Assembly: GCA_012295275.1 (NCBI GenBank)
Contig: CM022676.1
Span: 2,046,001 to 2,110,000, forward strand
Direction of reading: 5' to 3'
Source of the DNA: Chrysomallon squamiferum
Lineage: Eukaryota > Animalia > Mollusca
DNA length: 64,000 bases
Under the pieces are notes generated by a model that saw only the letters and a list, made by a program, of their open reading frames with translations, was not told the origin of the DNA and searched no databases. Of the stretch, positions 29,631 through 44,900 are shown piece by piece (positions within the stretch are counted from its first letter, which is position 1; the number at the start of each line of letters is the position of its first letter). A program made the translations under genes and the position numbers.

Positions 29631-30612
29631 TGCGTTGTGCACGTGTGTTTGGGTTCGCGAATACAGAAATTATCACAAAAAATAACAGAGAGAGGGTGAG
29701 AGATGTTGCTATAATTGTTTGTAGTCAGAAATTATATACTTATTTATTTACTTACTCTATGCTACATTATTACTTTACTTTTTGTAAACTTCCTCTGCTT
29801 TATTTTACTTCACTTTATTTTACTTTATGTTATTTTCCCTTACTTTACTTTGCCTTAACTTACTTTGTTTTTTATTTTGCCTGTTTTACTTTTACTTTAC
29901 TTTACTTTACCTTTTTACTCTACATTACTTTACTTTACTTTCTTTTTTATTTTTATTTTTTACCTTTTACTTTACTTTACTTTACTTTACTTTACTTTTT
30001 TTACTTTTACTTTATTTTAATTTACTTTTTTTTTATTTTATTTTACTTTTACTTTACTTTACTTTTTTACTTTATTTTACTTTACTACTTTACTTTACTT
30101 TACCTTTTTTTTAGTTTACTTTCCTTTCCTTTATTTTACCTTACTTTATTTAACTTTTATTTTATTTTAATTTATTTAGTTTATTTTACTTTTTTACATT
30201 GCGTTACTTTTTATTATACTTTAAATTATTTTTACCTTACTTTTATTTTATTTTATTTTTTTTTTTTTTACTTTATTTTATTTTACTTTATTTTACTTTA
30301 TTTTCTTCATTTTACTTTACTCTACAGTTCACATGTAAGATTCAGAAAGGTTATTTGGCAGAAATCAGCTCGAAAAGAGAAAACCATTTTCTCTTAGGCT
30401 ACATAAGAAGGAAGGGTAAATATTATTACTACAGATACACGCGAGATCTTTGTCAGCCTCTGCCTATCCCGAATGTTGTCTACGTGCAGAGTGTAATCAG
30501 CTGACGTGAGACAGCAAAATATTCTTTGATAAATATATATACCGCCTGTTTTAGGTTTCTTGGAAATATAAGTACATTTAAAACACCGAAAAAAAAAAAA
30601 AAAAAAAAAAAA

Positions 30613-30661
<49 letters not shown>

Positions 30662-31238
30662 TTGTTTCGTAGGAAGCAACGATTAGCTTCGGTTCCTGAG
30701 CAACGTCATTAACGTTGTCTTATAGCGTTGTTGTTGTTGTTATTGTAATTAGCGTTGTCTTATGACGTTGCTGTTGTTGTTATTGTAATTAGCGTTGTCT
30801 TGAAGGCCGAATGATGGCGTCATCCGCTGTGACTGAGTCGTATGTTCGAGTCTTGAATGAGTTTTGTCCTCTTGTGTCTATCCATTCTCGAATAAACACA
30901 CCCAGTACCTTCAATATACACATCTGCCTGTCTGTCCGTCTGTCTTTCTGTACAGACAGACGCACAGACAGATATGAATAGCTATGTATTCATAAACTCA
31001 TTCATTCTCCTTTCACTAAGCATACGCCTTTCCCGTGTGGCTGGGAGGCAATAATCTGTTCAGTGAAGATTACTGGCAGTGGCCTAACTTTGGGTCAATG
31101 AGGTACTCTAACTGGGCCACAGAGCTGAAGGACGATGGCTCTGAAAACTGTCTGACGATCACTCGGTCAGGAAACTGGACTGCATCGTCTTGTTCGCTCA
31201 GATACCTAGCTCTGTGTGAGACGCAACGAATTCAATGA
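28903..31238 (+). CDS. Secreted single-domain C-type lectin-like protein (perlucin-like), CTL1; intact, 147 aa
   Basis: Exons 28903-28948, 29224-29315, 30328-30415 and 31021-31238 total 444 nt, all GT-AG and in frame. Signal-like N-terminus; CPLDW..SCY..TW, C..YLAEISS..EN, VWLGG, ENCL..W..C..LCE. Lacks EPN/QPD and WND. Confidence 0.9.
29400..29545 (-). mobile_element. tRNA-derived SINE-like insertion in CTL1 intron 2
   Basis: Minus strand carries A-box TGGCCGAGTGG and B-box GTTCGAGTC; a GC-rich island in an AT-rich intron. Confidence 0.55.
29755..30320. repeat. (TTTAC/TTTAT)n pentanucleotide tract in CTL1 intron 2
   Basis: Directly visible; ends at the exon 3 acceptor. Confidence 0.9.
30803..30885 (+). 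mobile_element. Degenerate tRNA-derived SINE head in CTL1 intron 3
   Basis: GGCCGAATGA followed by GTTCGAGTC boxes, similar to the element at 29.4-29.5 kb. Confidence 0.35.
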
Positions 31239-31660
31239 GGTGTTATTTACTACTACTACTACCACTACCACTACTGTTACAACTACTACTACTGCTACTA
31301 CTACTACTGTTTCTGCTGCTGCTACTACTACCACCATTGTTATTACTATTATTATTGTTATAATAATTATTATTATTATTACAATTTTACTACTATAACT
31401 ACTACTTCTGCTGCTGCTGCTACTACTACTACTACCACTACCACTACTGTTACAACTACTCCTACTATTATTACTACTGCTACTGCTACTATTATTAGTA
31501 CTACTACTACTACTACTGTTTCTGCAGCTACTACTACTACCACCATTGTTATTACTATTATTATTGTTATAATTATTATTATTATTATTATTACAATTTT
31601 ACTACTATAACTACTACTTCTGCTGCTGCTGCTACTGCTACTACTACTACCACCACCACC

Positions 31661-31700
<40 letters not shown>

Positions 31701-32518
31701 GTTGTTGTTGTTGTTGTTGTTATTGTTATAGTTACGTATTTTACGTGTTTTATTAATTTGACATATCACCTGAAATATTTACATTACTCTTTTCTTGCCC
31801 GTATTAATTATACAAGTTGCGTAATTCATATCTTTTACTTAGATGACAAACAGACAGAAGTAACATAAAGAGTAAATTAATTAAGTAAGAATAAAGACTA
31901 TCTTTTTTGTTGTTGTTGTAATATTTACTGCTTCTCTTACAGGATATAAAGGTGTGGATTTCGTTAAACTACCTAAACATTTTTTTTTTATTGTAAATCC
32001 AAATTGAAACAGTTTTAAATAAATGTGCTTTAGCGTTGTTGTATTTGTTGTTATCATTGTTTTTATTTTTCCTGGTTTGATTGTATTGCTTACATTTGTG
32101 TATAACACAATTATATGATTATAATGAATGTATTATCTTTGTATGTATGAATATATATGCAGATATTTTTATGAATAAACATACTCACATATCCATGCAA
32201 ACAATACATACCAAATTATTGATAAAACTGATATGTCAGCGAAAGAGCGTTAATAAAAAAACATTTTACTGTTTTTATAATTAAATATGCAAAGATTTAT
32301 TTGAAAATATGTGACGATATATTGATGAAAATATTTTTGTTTTGAACTTGCATTTATTTTCCTCACTAAACTGTGGATGAAATTCAATTTACTCAAAGTC
32401 AGTTTAATTGAAATATCTAGTGTTTGTCGAAGTGGTTTCTTTTCTTTTTGTTTATATATATAATATATATATACGACACACACGCATGTATATAATCTAT
32501 CTCTCTCTAAATATATGC

Positions 32519-32551
<33 letters not shown>

Positions 32552-33022
32552 TGTATGTTTGTATGTATATTTGTATGTATCATGTATATTTATATGTATG
32601 CAAATATGTGTGCATATGCAAATGAATATTTCAAGTGACGAGTATTTGTCAGATTTTCGATTCATATGTTTTCAGACACAAAAATTTGTAAACTCCCAAT
32701 ATACATCTGTTTTGTATGTTTTTGTAAATATGCAAATACAACGAAATTAAACTGACTGATTTAGTTACTTGTTTATCTGCTTGCTTGTTTTTACATCTGT
32801 TTATTAATTGATTGATTTATTTTAACAAACACACACAGACACACACACACACACTCACATATATGTACATATATTCATATCGCCTTAACGATATCGTTGT
32901 TTCGTTTTGTTTCTGTTTATTTTTCAGCATAAATGCAAACTTGACAAAATCCAAATCGGATATAAATAAAAGTGAATATTTAGCAGTGATTTTGACATTT
33001 TTAACAGTTACAAAAAACAAAC

Positions 33023-34901
<1,879 letters not shown>

Positions 34902-35045
34902 CATTTTAAAATTATTTATTTGTATCATAATTGTACATCTTCGTCTCCATAATTACGTATGTAAGAAACTGTATTTCTACCTATATGTGTATGTATATAT
35001 GTGTATGTATGTACGTACGTTAGTATATTTGTTTGTATGTATATG

Positions 35046-35077
<32 letters not shown>

Positions 35078-36352
35078 TGTATGTATGTATGTATGCATAT
35101 ATGCATGTATTATGCTACTGTTTTACTACAAATGCTATTACTTGTAGTCGTAAAGCTCTTCTGGTACTATTTCTACTATTACTATTTCACTATCACTACT
35201 TTGTCTAAAAAGCTAAAATTTCTATGTGTATGTATATCTGTGTATCTTTATAGTTGTATGTATGTATGTATGTATGTATATCTGTGTATCTTTATAGTTG
35301 AATGTCTGTATGTATGTAAGTCTGTATGTCTGTATGTCTGTCTGTATGTCTGTATGTCTGCATGTCTGTATGTATGTCTGTATGTAGTCTGTATGTATGT
35401 CTGTATGTATGTATGTATGTATGTATGAATATATGTATCTATGTATAGTTTTCATTCAGATGTTTTTGATTCTGGCCAAATAACGCCTGCGTTTTTTCAT
35501 TCCAGCTACGGCTACTACTATAGAATTTGAAACTGTTTACAGTATTTTAAACAGAAATAAAGTTTGTTCTTTCTGGTAGTCTTCTCCTTCTTGTGTTCAT
35601 GAACTCACTATTATTGTTGCTGATGTTATTGTTGTTGTTATTCTTATTATTCTTATTATTGCTATTATTACTGTTATTTCTAATATTTTTATTATCATTG
35701 TTGTTTACTGAATTACGAACTCACAGAAACGCAAATAATTCTCATCATTTATCATATTTTGCATTTAATATATACAGAGTATGTAGGTTATATTAAGTTA
35801 GATATGCATACAAAGGTAGAACGACAGGTAGATAGATAGATAGGTGGATAGTAGACAGGTGTCTAGATATATAGAATAGATAGATATATTTACAGACAGA
35901 CAGACAGATTAGATAGTACGCAAGTAGGTTTATGGATGAGTATTGATAGGCTGTGTATGGAGATAGATTATATATATATATATATATGGATACATACATC
36001 ATTTGTTTTGTGTAAAGCTTGGATACTAGTGTATGCATGTTTTCTGTGTACGTGTATTTTGTGTTCACACGAACCTTTTTTTTTATGCATATTATCTTCC
36101 ATGTCATAATATCTCGCGTGGCGCCATTACAGCTGAAGTTATGAATATTAATTACAAATATTTAAATAGTGTCTTCCCATGTGTTTCATCCTATGAATAA
36201 ATTATCCTACACAATATTGCATTTCAAAATTATTTCATATATATGGGCTCTAAAGCAACGCAACCATATATACCTGTCAGGTAAATTACGTTGCTGCTAT
36301 AGGTGAAAGTGTAATATAACTGAACCAAAACTGTGAGGATTTTTAAAACAAG

Positions 36353-37476
36353 ATGTTTTATTTTAAACTGGTTGTAGCGTTTGCCTTTTTACATACAAGT
36401 AAGCTTATTATGTTATTGATAGAATGTTGAAATGTTACAACTGTGTCTATAAATATAAGTTACACTACCAATGTTTTTGGAAATAACATTTTAAATGTTA
36501 CGAATGTATTTGGCAATAAATGTTAACAGCATTACCAATGTATTTTTAGAAATAGCATTTGGAAATAAAATATTTAAATATTACAAAGGTATTGGTAAAT
36601 AAATAAGATACTATTTTATTACTAATGTATTTGTAGAAATTATATAATATTTACAGTAAATTATTACCATTTGTTTGTAGACAAAACGTTTACAGTGCTA
36701 CCTGTGTCTTTGTGGTTGCAAATCTTTAAACATATTAAGGATTAATTTATCGAAATTATAAAATATTTACGATATTAGTTTTATTGTAAACAGAACATTC
36801 AAAATATATTATTAGAAATCATAAAATATTTGATATTATTAATATATATTTGTTCCTAAATTGAATCTACATTTTTAAAAAATGTATTCAAACACATTCT
36901 TTGTAGAGTAACATTTTCAGATATTTTATACAAATACATTTTTTACTAAAGACTATTTTGAGATCTTGTAAGCGACTGAATTTTTTGTTTAGGAGTATTT
37001 TGAGAGTTTACATCTAAATGATTTCTTTCTAACGAATATCCTGACAGCTTATGCAAAATTCTTTGTTTAGAAATAATTTGAGAATGTATGTAACATTATT
37101 TGTTCAGGATAACTTCTTGAGGATATTTCGAGGACTTGTATACGAATGATTTTTCTTATTATTACAACCTGTATACGAAACAGCTGCTTGGCCAGATAAA
37201 TTGGTTTTGTCGTTAAATGAACTGAGAACTAGGATAATACCATGATGTTTGGTTATTATTATCATAATCATCATCTTTGTCATTATCCTCACCATCATTA
37301 TTATTTGTATTAATGTTGTTGTTGTTATTAGTACTTTTATTGCTTTTACTATTATTAGCATCATTGTTGCTATCATCATCACCATCATCATTCTTCTTCT
37401 TCTTTTTCTTCTAATTCTTGTCCTTCTTGTTATTAATGCTATCACTGTGAGTTATTACTGTTATCATCATTTTTGC

Positions 37477-37527
<51 letters not shown>

Positions 37528-39396
37528 TGTCACTGTTATCATCATTTTTGTTATTATTATTACCATTATTATTTTTATTACTGTTGTTGTTATTTTTGTT
37601 ATTACTATTATCTTCATTATCAACTTCGTCATCATTATTATCATTACTGTTATCATCGTCATCATTGTTAAAATAATACTGGAACGACTGTTTCCCTCAT
37701 GTTTGTATTCAACACAAACAACTTACTTATGAACATATCATGACTTTGCTCTGCAGTGAGGGCGGGATGCCCCTCGGGCTGGGTGTATTACTCAGGCTCT
37801 TGTTACTTCATCCCAAATGAAGCAGGCACCTGGTTTCGTCTGTGGGTAGGGAATATTTTATTGTATACAATTTCATATCTGTCTTTGTATGTGTATGTAT
37901 ATGTGTGTGTATCTACGTATGTATACCTGTATTTATGTGTGTGTGCATGAGTGTGTGTTTCTGTGTATCTATCTACGAATGTATGTATGCATTTATCTAT
38001 GCATCTATGCATGTATGTATATATGTATGTATGTATGTTTGTCTATTTATGTATGTATGTATGTTTGTCTATTTATGTGTGTGCGTTACTTGAATGATTG
38101 TATTTCTATGTATGCATGCATTTATATGTGTATGTAAATTTTTATTTATGCTTGTGTGACTGTATATATGGATGTATGTGTGTATGTAAGCATGTATAAG
38201 AAAAATAATAAGAACATTTCCGGGTTTTAAATTTGTTTTGGATAAAGTATGTTTGTCTGCATGACACTATGTGTGTCTGTGTACGACATATACATCAAAC
38301 TGGGTTTGCGTTTCCGTTTATCAACGTGCAAGCTTATAAGAGTGTGAATTATTTCCGTATGTTTTTGTGATTCGATATTTAGCATGCAAACACACTTTAG
38401 ATATCTCAGTAACGTGTGTGTAAGCGCGCGCGTGTGTGTGCGTGTGTGTGTGTGTGTGTGCGTGTGTGTGTGTGTGCGTGTGTGTGTGCGTGTGTGTGTG
38501 TTTGTGTGTGTGTATGTGTGTGAATGTGTGTGTGTGTATGAACATATAACCAATGCAGAAAGTTATTTGTGTCAGGTTGCAATAGTATCAGACTATAGAA
38601 ATTAATTCACCTTTTCATATATATATATGTATATACATACACACACATACACACACATACACATACAAACACATACATACATATATAGATATACATACAT
38701 GCATACATCCATATATATATATGCACATACATACATACATACATACATACATACATACATACATACATACATACATACATACATACATACATACATACGC
38801 ACACTTAATACTGTTTGTTTTATATTCTATATTCCGCAGTACATATGTTTACATTCTCACAAATCGTACTTGGCTGAAGTCAGTTCTGACGGTGAAAACG
38901 ACTTTTTAACGAATTACATACAGGGGACACGTACGTCTTTATTTATTTGTTTATTTGTTTGTTTTTTTATCTATATATCTATCTCTTTTATTTATTTATT
39001 TAATTATATTTTTATTTAGTTATTTATCATTTTATTTATTTACTTATTTATTTTTGTATTATAATTTTTTTTCTAGAATATTGTTTAGAGTTAAAACCTT
39101 AAAAATGACAAAGATATAAGATATAATTAACAATGAAAAACAACTACTGTATCTACAACAGCTACAACTAACACGTCTCTCGCTGCTGTTCCTGCTACTG
39201 CTACATCTTTGTTTAGTACACTGCAGATATATCACCCACAACAACAATAATGACGACGACCATCAAAACCACCACAACAACAATAAAAATAGTTATAACA
39301 ACAAGAGCAATAATATTAAAAATGATCACAATAATAATAAAGATGATGATGATGATGATTATAGTAATACCTGTAACAACAAAAACATAAATAGTA

Positions 39397-39439
<43 letters not shown>

Positions 39440-39945
39440 TAATAATAATAATAATCATTTGCCATAATCATCATAAATAAGTTAACAATGATGATAATAT
39501 TAATAACTATAAGATCAACAACAATAAGAATATTAATTACAATTACAATTGTCTCGATCCGTCCTATTTTCAATATTAATTCTTATCTTTGATTTCTTCC
39601 TTTAATATCCTATTTTCAGTATTACTTTTTATCTTTGATTTCTTCATGAAATATCCTATTTTCAGTATTAATACTCATCTTTGATTTCTTCACCAAATGT
39701 CTGATTTTCACAATTCAGCTGACTACGGCTTCTGGTTGGCTGGAAGCGACTCCATTGTGGAAGGTTTCTGGGTTTGGTTTATGACTTGGCGAATGGTCAC
39801 ATACACGAAATATGCGCCGTATCGTCCTGACAATCTCTTCAGACATGAGCACTGTCTAGTGCTGGAGAAGAATTCGCGTTGGAATGATATCTATTGTAGA
39901 AGAAAACATCATGGCATTTGTGAAAAGCGATTGACTCAGACATAA
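36353..39945 (+). CDS. Secreted single-domain C-type lectin (perlucin-like), CTL3; intact, 150 aa
   Basis: Exons 36353-36398, 37757-37845, 38840-38930 and 39719-39945 total 453 nt in frame. Six Cys, FWLAG, RPDN and WND motifs. AATAAA at 40077. Confidence 0.9.
39562..39712. repeat. 46-bp triplication just before CTL3 exon 4
   Basis: TCCTATTTTCA..ATCTTTGATTTCTTC at 39562, 39608 and 39654. Confidence 0.85.
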
Positions 39946-40368
39946 CTCTATAGATTTCAGCACTGCAAGGTTCTATTTGCTGTACATTCTTTCATATACA
40001 ATATAACACATTCAGTTTGATATGAAGATAAATTAGTATTGTACTGAACATTTTTATTTATTTCAGTTTGAAGGCAAATAAAACAGTCAATGTTCATAGA
40101 TATCTGTCATTATTATATGAAACAAAATAAACAATGACTTAGATCCACAAACTATGTTGGTTCCTATAAGAAACCTGTAAAAAGAAAATACGATTGTACT
40201 AATTACATTAATTTTATTCCTTTACGCAACAAAAGAAATCAGGAACTATATTAAAAACTATATTCCTTTCAGACATCAAGTTTGTCACCAATGAAAAATA
40301 ATTTAGGGAAAGATACTATTCATATATTTACTATCTACAGTTACCTATCCATCAGTTTATGAATAAGT

Positions 40369-41960
40369 CTAACCCTAAATGTAACCCCAACCCCAAACTT
40401 AACCCTAACCCTAACGCTAACGCTAACCCTAAACCTAACCTAAAACTAATCCTTAACCTAACCCTAACACAAAGCCTAACCGTGTGACTACCACTAGTAC
40501 TGTCTGTCCCTAATGTATGTATATTTAACAATAACTCTAACCCTAACCCTAACCTAACCCTAATCTTAACCATAACTCTAACCTAACCCTAACCCTAACA
40601 CTAACCCTAACCCTAACCCTAACCCTAACCCTAACTCTAACCCTAACCCTAACCATAACCATAACCCTGACCCTGACCCTAACCCTAACCCTAACCCTAA
40701 CCCTAACCCTAACTCTAACCCTAACCCTAACCCTGACCATAACCATAACTGTACCCTAACCCTAACCCTAACCCTAACCCTATCCCTATCCCTAACCCTA
40801 ACCCAAACCTAACCCTAACCCTAACCCAAACCTAAATTTAACCCTAAGCATAAACCTAAGCCTAACTCTAACCTGACCCTAAATCTAACCTAAGGATAAA
40901 CCTAAGCCTAACCCTAACTTAAAGCAAACCCTTTCCTAGCCATAACGGTAACACAAACCCTTACGGTGTGATTACCAGTAGTACTGCCTGTCCCTAACGT
41001 ATGCATGTTTAACATTAACTCTAATCCTAACTAACCTAACGCTGACTAAAACTGACCCTAACCCTAACTCTAAACCTTACCGTAACCCTAAATCTAACCC
41101 TAATGTATAAATGTTTAACCCTAACACTAACCGTAACGCTAACGCAAATCCTAACGCTAACCTTAACCCAAACCCAAAACCTAACCTTAACTCTAACCCT
41201 TACTAAAATCCTAAACAAAAACCAAACACTAACCTAACCCAGTCAACAATGTGCATATTTTTAAGGTGATTACCAGTAGGAGTATCCCTAATGTATATGA
41301 TTAACCCTAACTCTAACCCTAATCCTAACCCTAAACCTAAACTTAACCATAACCGTTACCCTAACCGCAACACTAATCCTAATCCTAACCCTAACCCTAA
41401 CAATAACAATAACTCTAACCTTAAGCATAACCCTTACCATAACACTAACTTAAACCCTTACTGTAACCCTAAACTTAACCCTATCCCTAACTTTAACCAT
41501 AAGAATAGCCGTTACCCTAACATTAACTTAAACCCTAAAGTGAACCCTGACTAACCCTTCTCCTAACCCTAACCCTAACACAAACCGTAACAATAACCAT
41601 AACGGCGATCCGAACTCTAACCATAACCATGAACCTAAACCTAAACCTAACACTAACACTAACCCAATCTCTAACCCTAACTAACCCTAATCCTAACACT
41701 CACACTAAAACTAACCCTAACGCTAACATTAACTCTAAAGTTAGCCCTAATTCTAACACTTTGCATTATGGTTACCCTAAACATAAACCAAACGCATACT
41801 AAAAATAATCTTACCACAAATTCTACTACTAACACTTATCATAACCCAAACCCTAACCGTATGATTACCAGTAGTACTGCTTGTCCGAAAGGTACGTATG
41901 TTTAACTTTAACCCTAACCGTAATCCTAACCCTAACAGTGACACTAAACCTAAACACGAC
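40369..41960. repeat. Interstitial telomeric array (TAACCC)n, degenerate, with four interspersed ~55-bp spacers
   Basis: TAACCC and single-base variants. Spacer GTGATTACCAGTAGTACTG.CTGTCCCTAA.GTATG at ~40480, ~40965, ~41265 and ~41858. Confidence 0.92.
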
Positions 41961-41989
41961 AACAAATATTCCTACTCTTGATTCCAATA

Positions 41990-44900
41990 TACTTTAAATA
42001 ACCCTAGCTCTAACCCTAACCCAAATCCTAACCGTAACACTAATCCAATCTCAATTTCAAAACCTAATCCTACTTAAGTTTCCAAGGTTAATTCTTATTC
42101 TAACGCTACTTCAAATCGTTACCCTCAAATTATTGTGGACATTACGATACAATTTAAATAACCCTAGTTCTAAGGCAAACCCTAACCTTAACTTTAACCC
42201 TAATCGAGTCACAAATTCTAAACCTAATCCTAATTAAGTTTCCTAGGTTAATTCTTGTCTTCAGGCTACTTCGAATCGTGAACCTTAGATTATTCTGGAA
42301 TTTATGATCAGCTTTATAATGCAATTTAGATAACCATACCTCTAATCATAACCCTAACCCTATCCCTAACCCTAATCCAATCTCAAACTCTAATCCTAAT
42401 CCTACGCAAGACTGCACGCTTAAGTCTTATGCTAAAGCTACTTCTAACAGTCACCATCAAATTATTCTGGACTTTATGATAATCTAAATAAGTATAGCTC
42501 TAACCCTAAGACTAAGCCTAACTCTAACCCTAACCCTAACTCTAACCCTAATCCTAACCCTAATCCAATCTCAAATTATCAGCATAATTCTATGCAAGTT
42601 TCCAAGGTTAATTCTTATCCTAAAGCTATTTTCTAATGAAGCCTCTGAAATTATTTTGGACATTATAATAACCTTCGTAATACAAGTTAAATAACCCTAG
42701 CTCTAACCCTAACCCTAACCCTAACCGTAACACGAAACCTAACCCAAATCCAATCTCAAATTCTAAATCTAACTCAACGAAAGTTTCCACGGTTAAATAT
42801 TATCCTAACGCAACTTCCAATCGAGACCATCAAATTATTCTGGATATTATGATAATCTTCTGGTACAGTTTAAATCACCATAGCTCTAACCCTAACACAA
42901 ACACTAACACTAACCCTAAACCAATATCAAATTCTAAACCTCATCCCATGCAAATTTCCAAGGTTAATTCTTATCTTAACCCTATATCTAATCGTGACCC
43001 TCAAATTAGTTTGGATATTATGATACAATCTTCTGGTACAATTTAAATAGCCCTAGCTCTAGTCCTAACCCAAACACTAACCCTAACCCAATCTCAAATT
43101 CTCATCCTAGCAGTACGAAAGTTTCCACGGTTAATGCTTATGCTAAGGCTACTTCCAATCGTCACCCTAAAATTATTTTGGACATTATGATAATGTTCGT
43201 TATATAATTTAAATAAGCCTAGCTGAACCCTAATCCAATCTCAAATTTTAAACCTAATCCTAAGCACGTTTCAAAGGATAATTCTTATCCTAACGCTAAT
43301 TCGAATCGTGACGGTCAATTTAGTTTGGACATTATGATATGCTTCTTAATAAAACATTATTAACCCTTGCTGTAAGGCTAAGGCTAACCCTAACCTTAAC
43401 TATGATCCAACCTCAATTTCTAAACTTAATCCTACTTAAGTTTTCAAGGTTAATTCATATTATAACGCTGGTTCGAATAGTGACTATGAAATTATTTTGG
43501 ACATTATCATAACGTTCATAATAGAATTTGAACACGGCTTGCTCTAACCCGAAGCCGAACCCTAACATTAACCCTAATCCAATGTCAAATTCCGAACCGA
43601 ATACTACGCAAGTTTCAAAGGTTAATTCGTATCCTAAAGCTACTTCGAATAGTGACCGTAAAATTATTTTAGATATTATCATAACCTTCGTAATAGAATT
43701 TAAATAATCCTAGCCCTAAGGCTAACCCTAAACCTAACCCTACTCCAATCTCAAATTCCCTACGCTAGTCTAAAATATTAATTCTTACCTTAATACTAAT
43801 TCGAATTCTGATCCTCAAATTATTTTCGACATTATGCTAACCTACGTAATAAATTTAAAATAGTTTAACTCTAACGCTAACCCTAACCTTAAACGTAATC
43901 CTAATCCAATCTTAAATTCTAAACCTAATGCTACTTAACGTTCCAAGGTTAATTCTTATCCTAACGCAACTTCCAATAGTGACCCTACAATTATTTTGGA
44001 CGTTATGATAACGTTCGTAATACAGTTTAAATAAGCCTAGCTGAAACCTAAGGATAACCCAAACCCTAATCCAATCTCAAATTCTAAACCGAATCCTATG
44101 CAAGTATCAAAGGTTAATTTTTATCCTAACGCTACTTGGAATCGTGAGAGTCAAATTATTTTGATATGCTGATATCATTCCTAATACAATGTTAATTGCC
44201 CTAGCTCTAAGGCTAAGCCTAACCCTAACCCTCACCCTAATCCAATCTCAAATTCAGAACCTAATCCTAGATACGCTTTCAATGTTAATTCTTATCCTTA
44301 CGCTGCTTGGAATCGTGACCATCAAATTACCTTCGACTTTATGATAGCGTTCGAAATAGAATTTAAATAAGCCTAGCTGTAACCCTAAATCTAATCCAAT
44401 CTGAAATTCTAAACGGAATCCTAAGCAAGTTTCAAAGGTAAATTCGTATTCTCACGCTATTCGCATAGTGACACTCAAATTATTTTAGACACTATCATTA
44501 CCTTCGTAATATAATTTAAATAACCCTAGCTCAAATCGGAACTGTAATCCAATCTCAATTTCTATACCTTAGCCTATGCAAGTTTCTAAGCTTAATACTT
44601 ATCCTAACGTTACTTCCAATCATGACCCTCAGATTATTTTGCAAATGATGACAACCTTCGCAATACAAGTAAAATAACCCTAGCTCTAACCAAAACCCTA
44701 CCCTTAACCCTAAAGATAATACAATCTAAAATTCTGGACCTAACTTTGTGAAAGCTTCCAAGTTTAATTGTTCTCCTAACGCTACATGGAATCGTGACCC
44801 TTCATAATACAATTTAGAAAAAAACGTAGCTCTAACCCTAACACTAAACAGAACACTAATCTAATGTCAAACTGTGAACCCAATCCAATGCAAATTTACA

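Noticed and set aside
29561-30397. 278-aa hydrophobic ORF
   Set aside because: It is a translation of (TG)n and (TTTAC)n intronic repeats in CTL1.
40369-41000. True chromosome end or head-to-head telomere fusion
   Set aside because: The repeats are degenerate and internal, and there is no TTAGGG-to-CCCTAA polarity switch.
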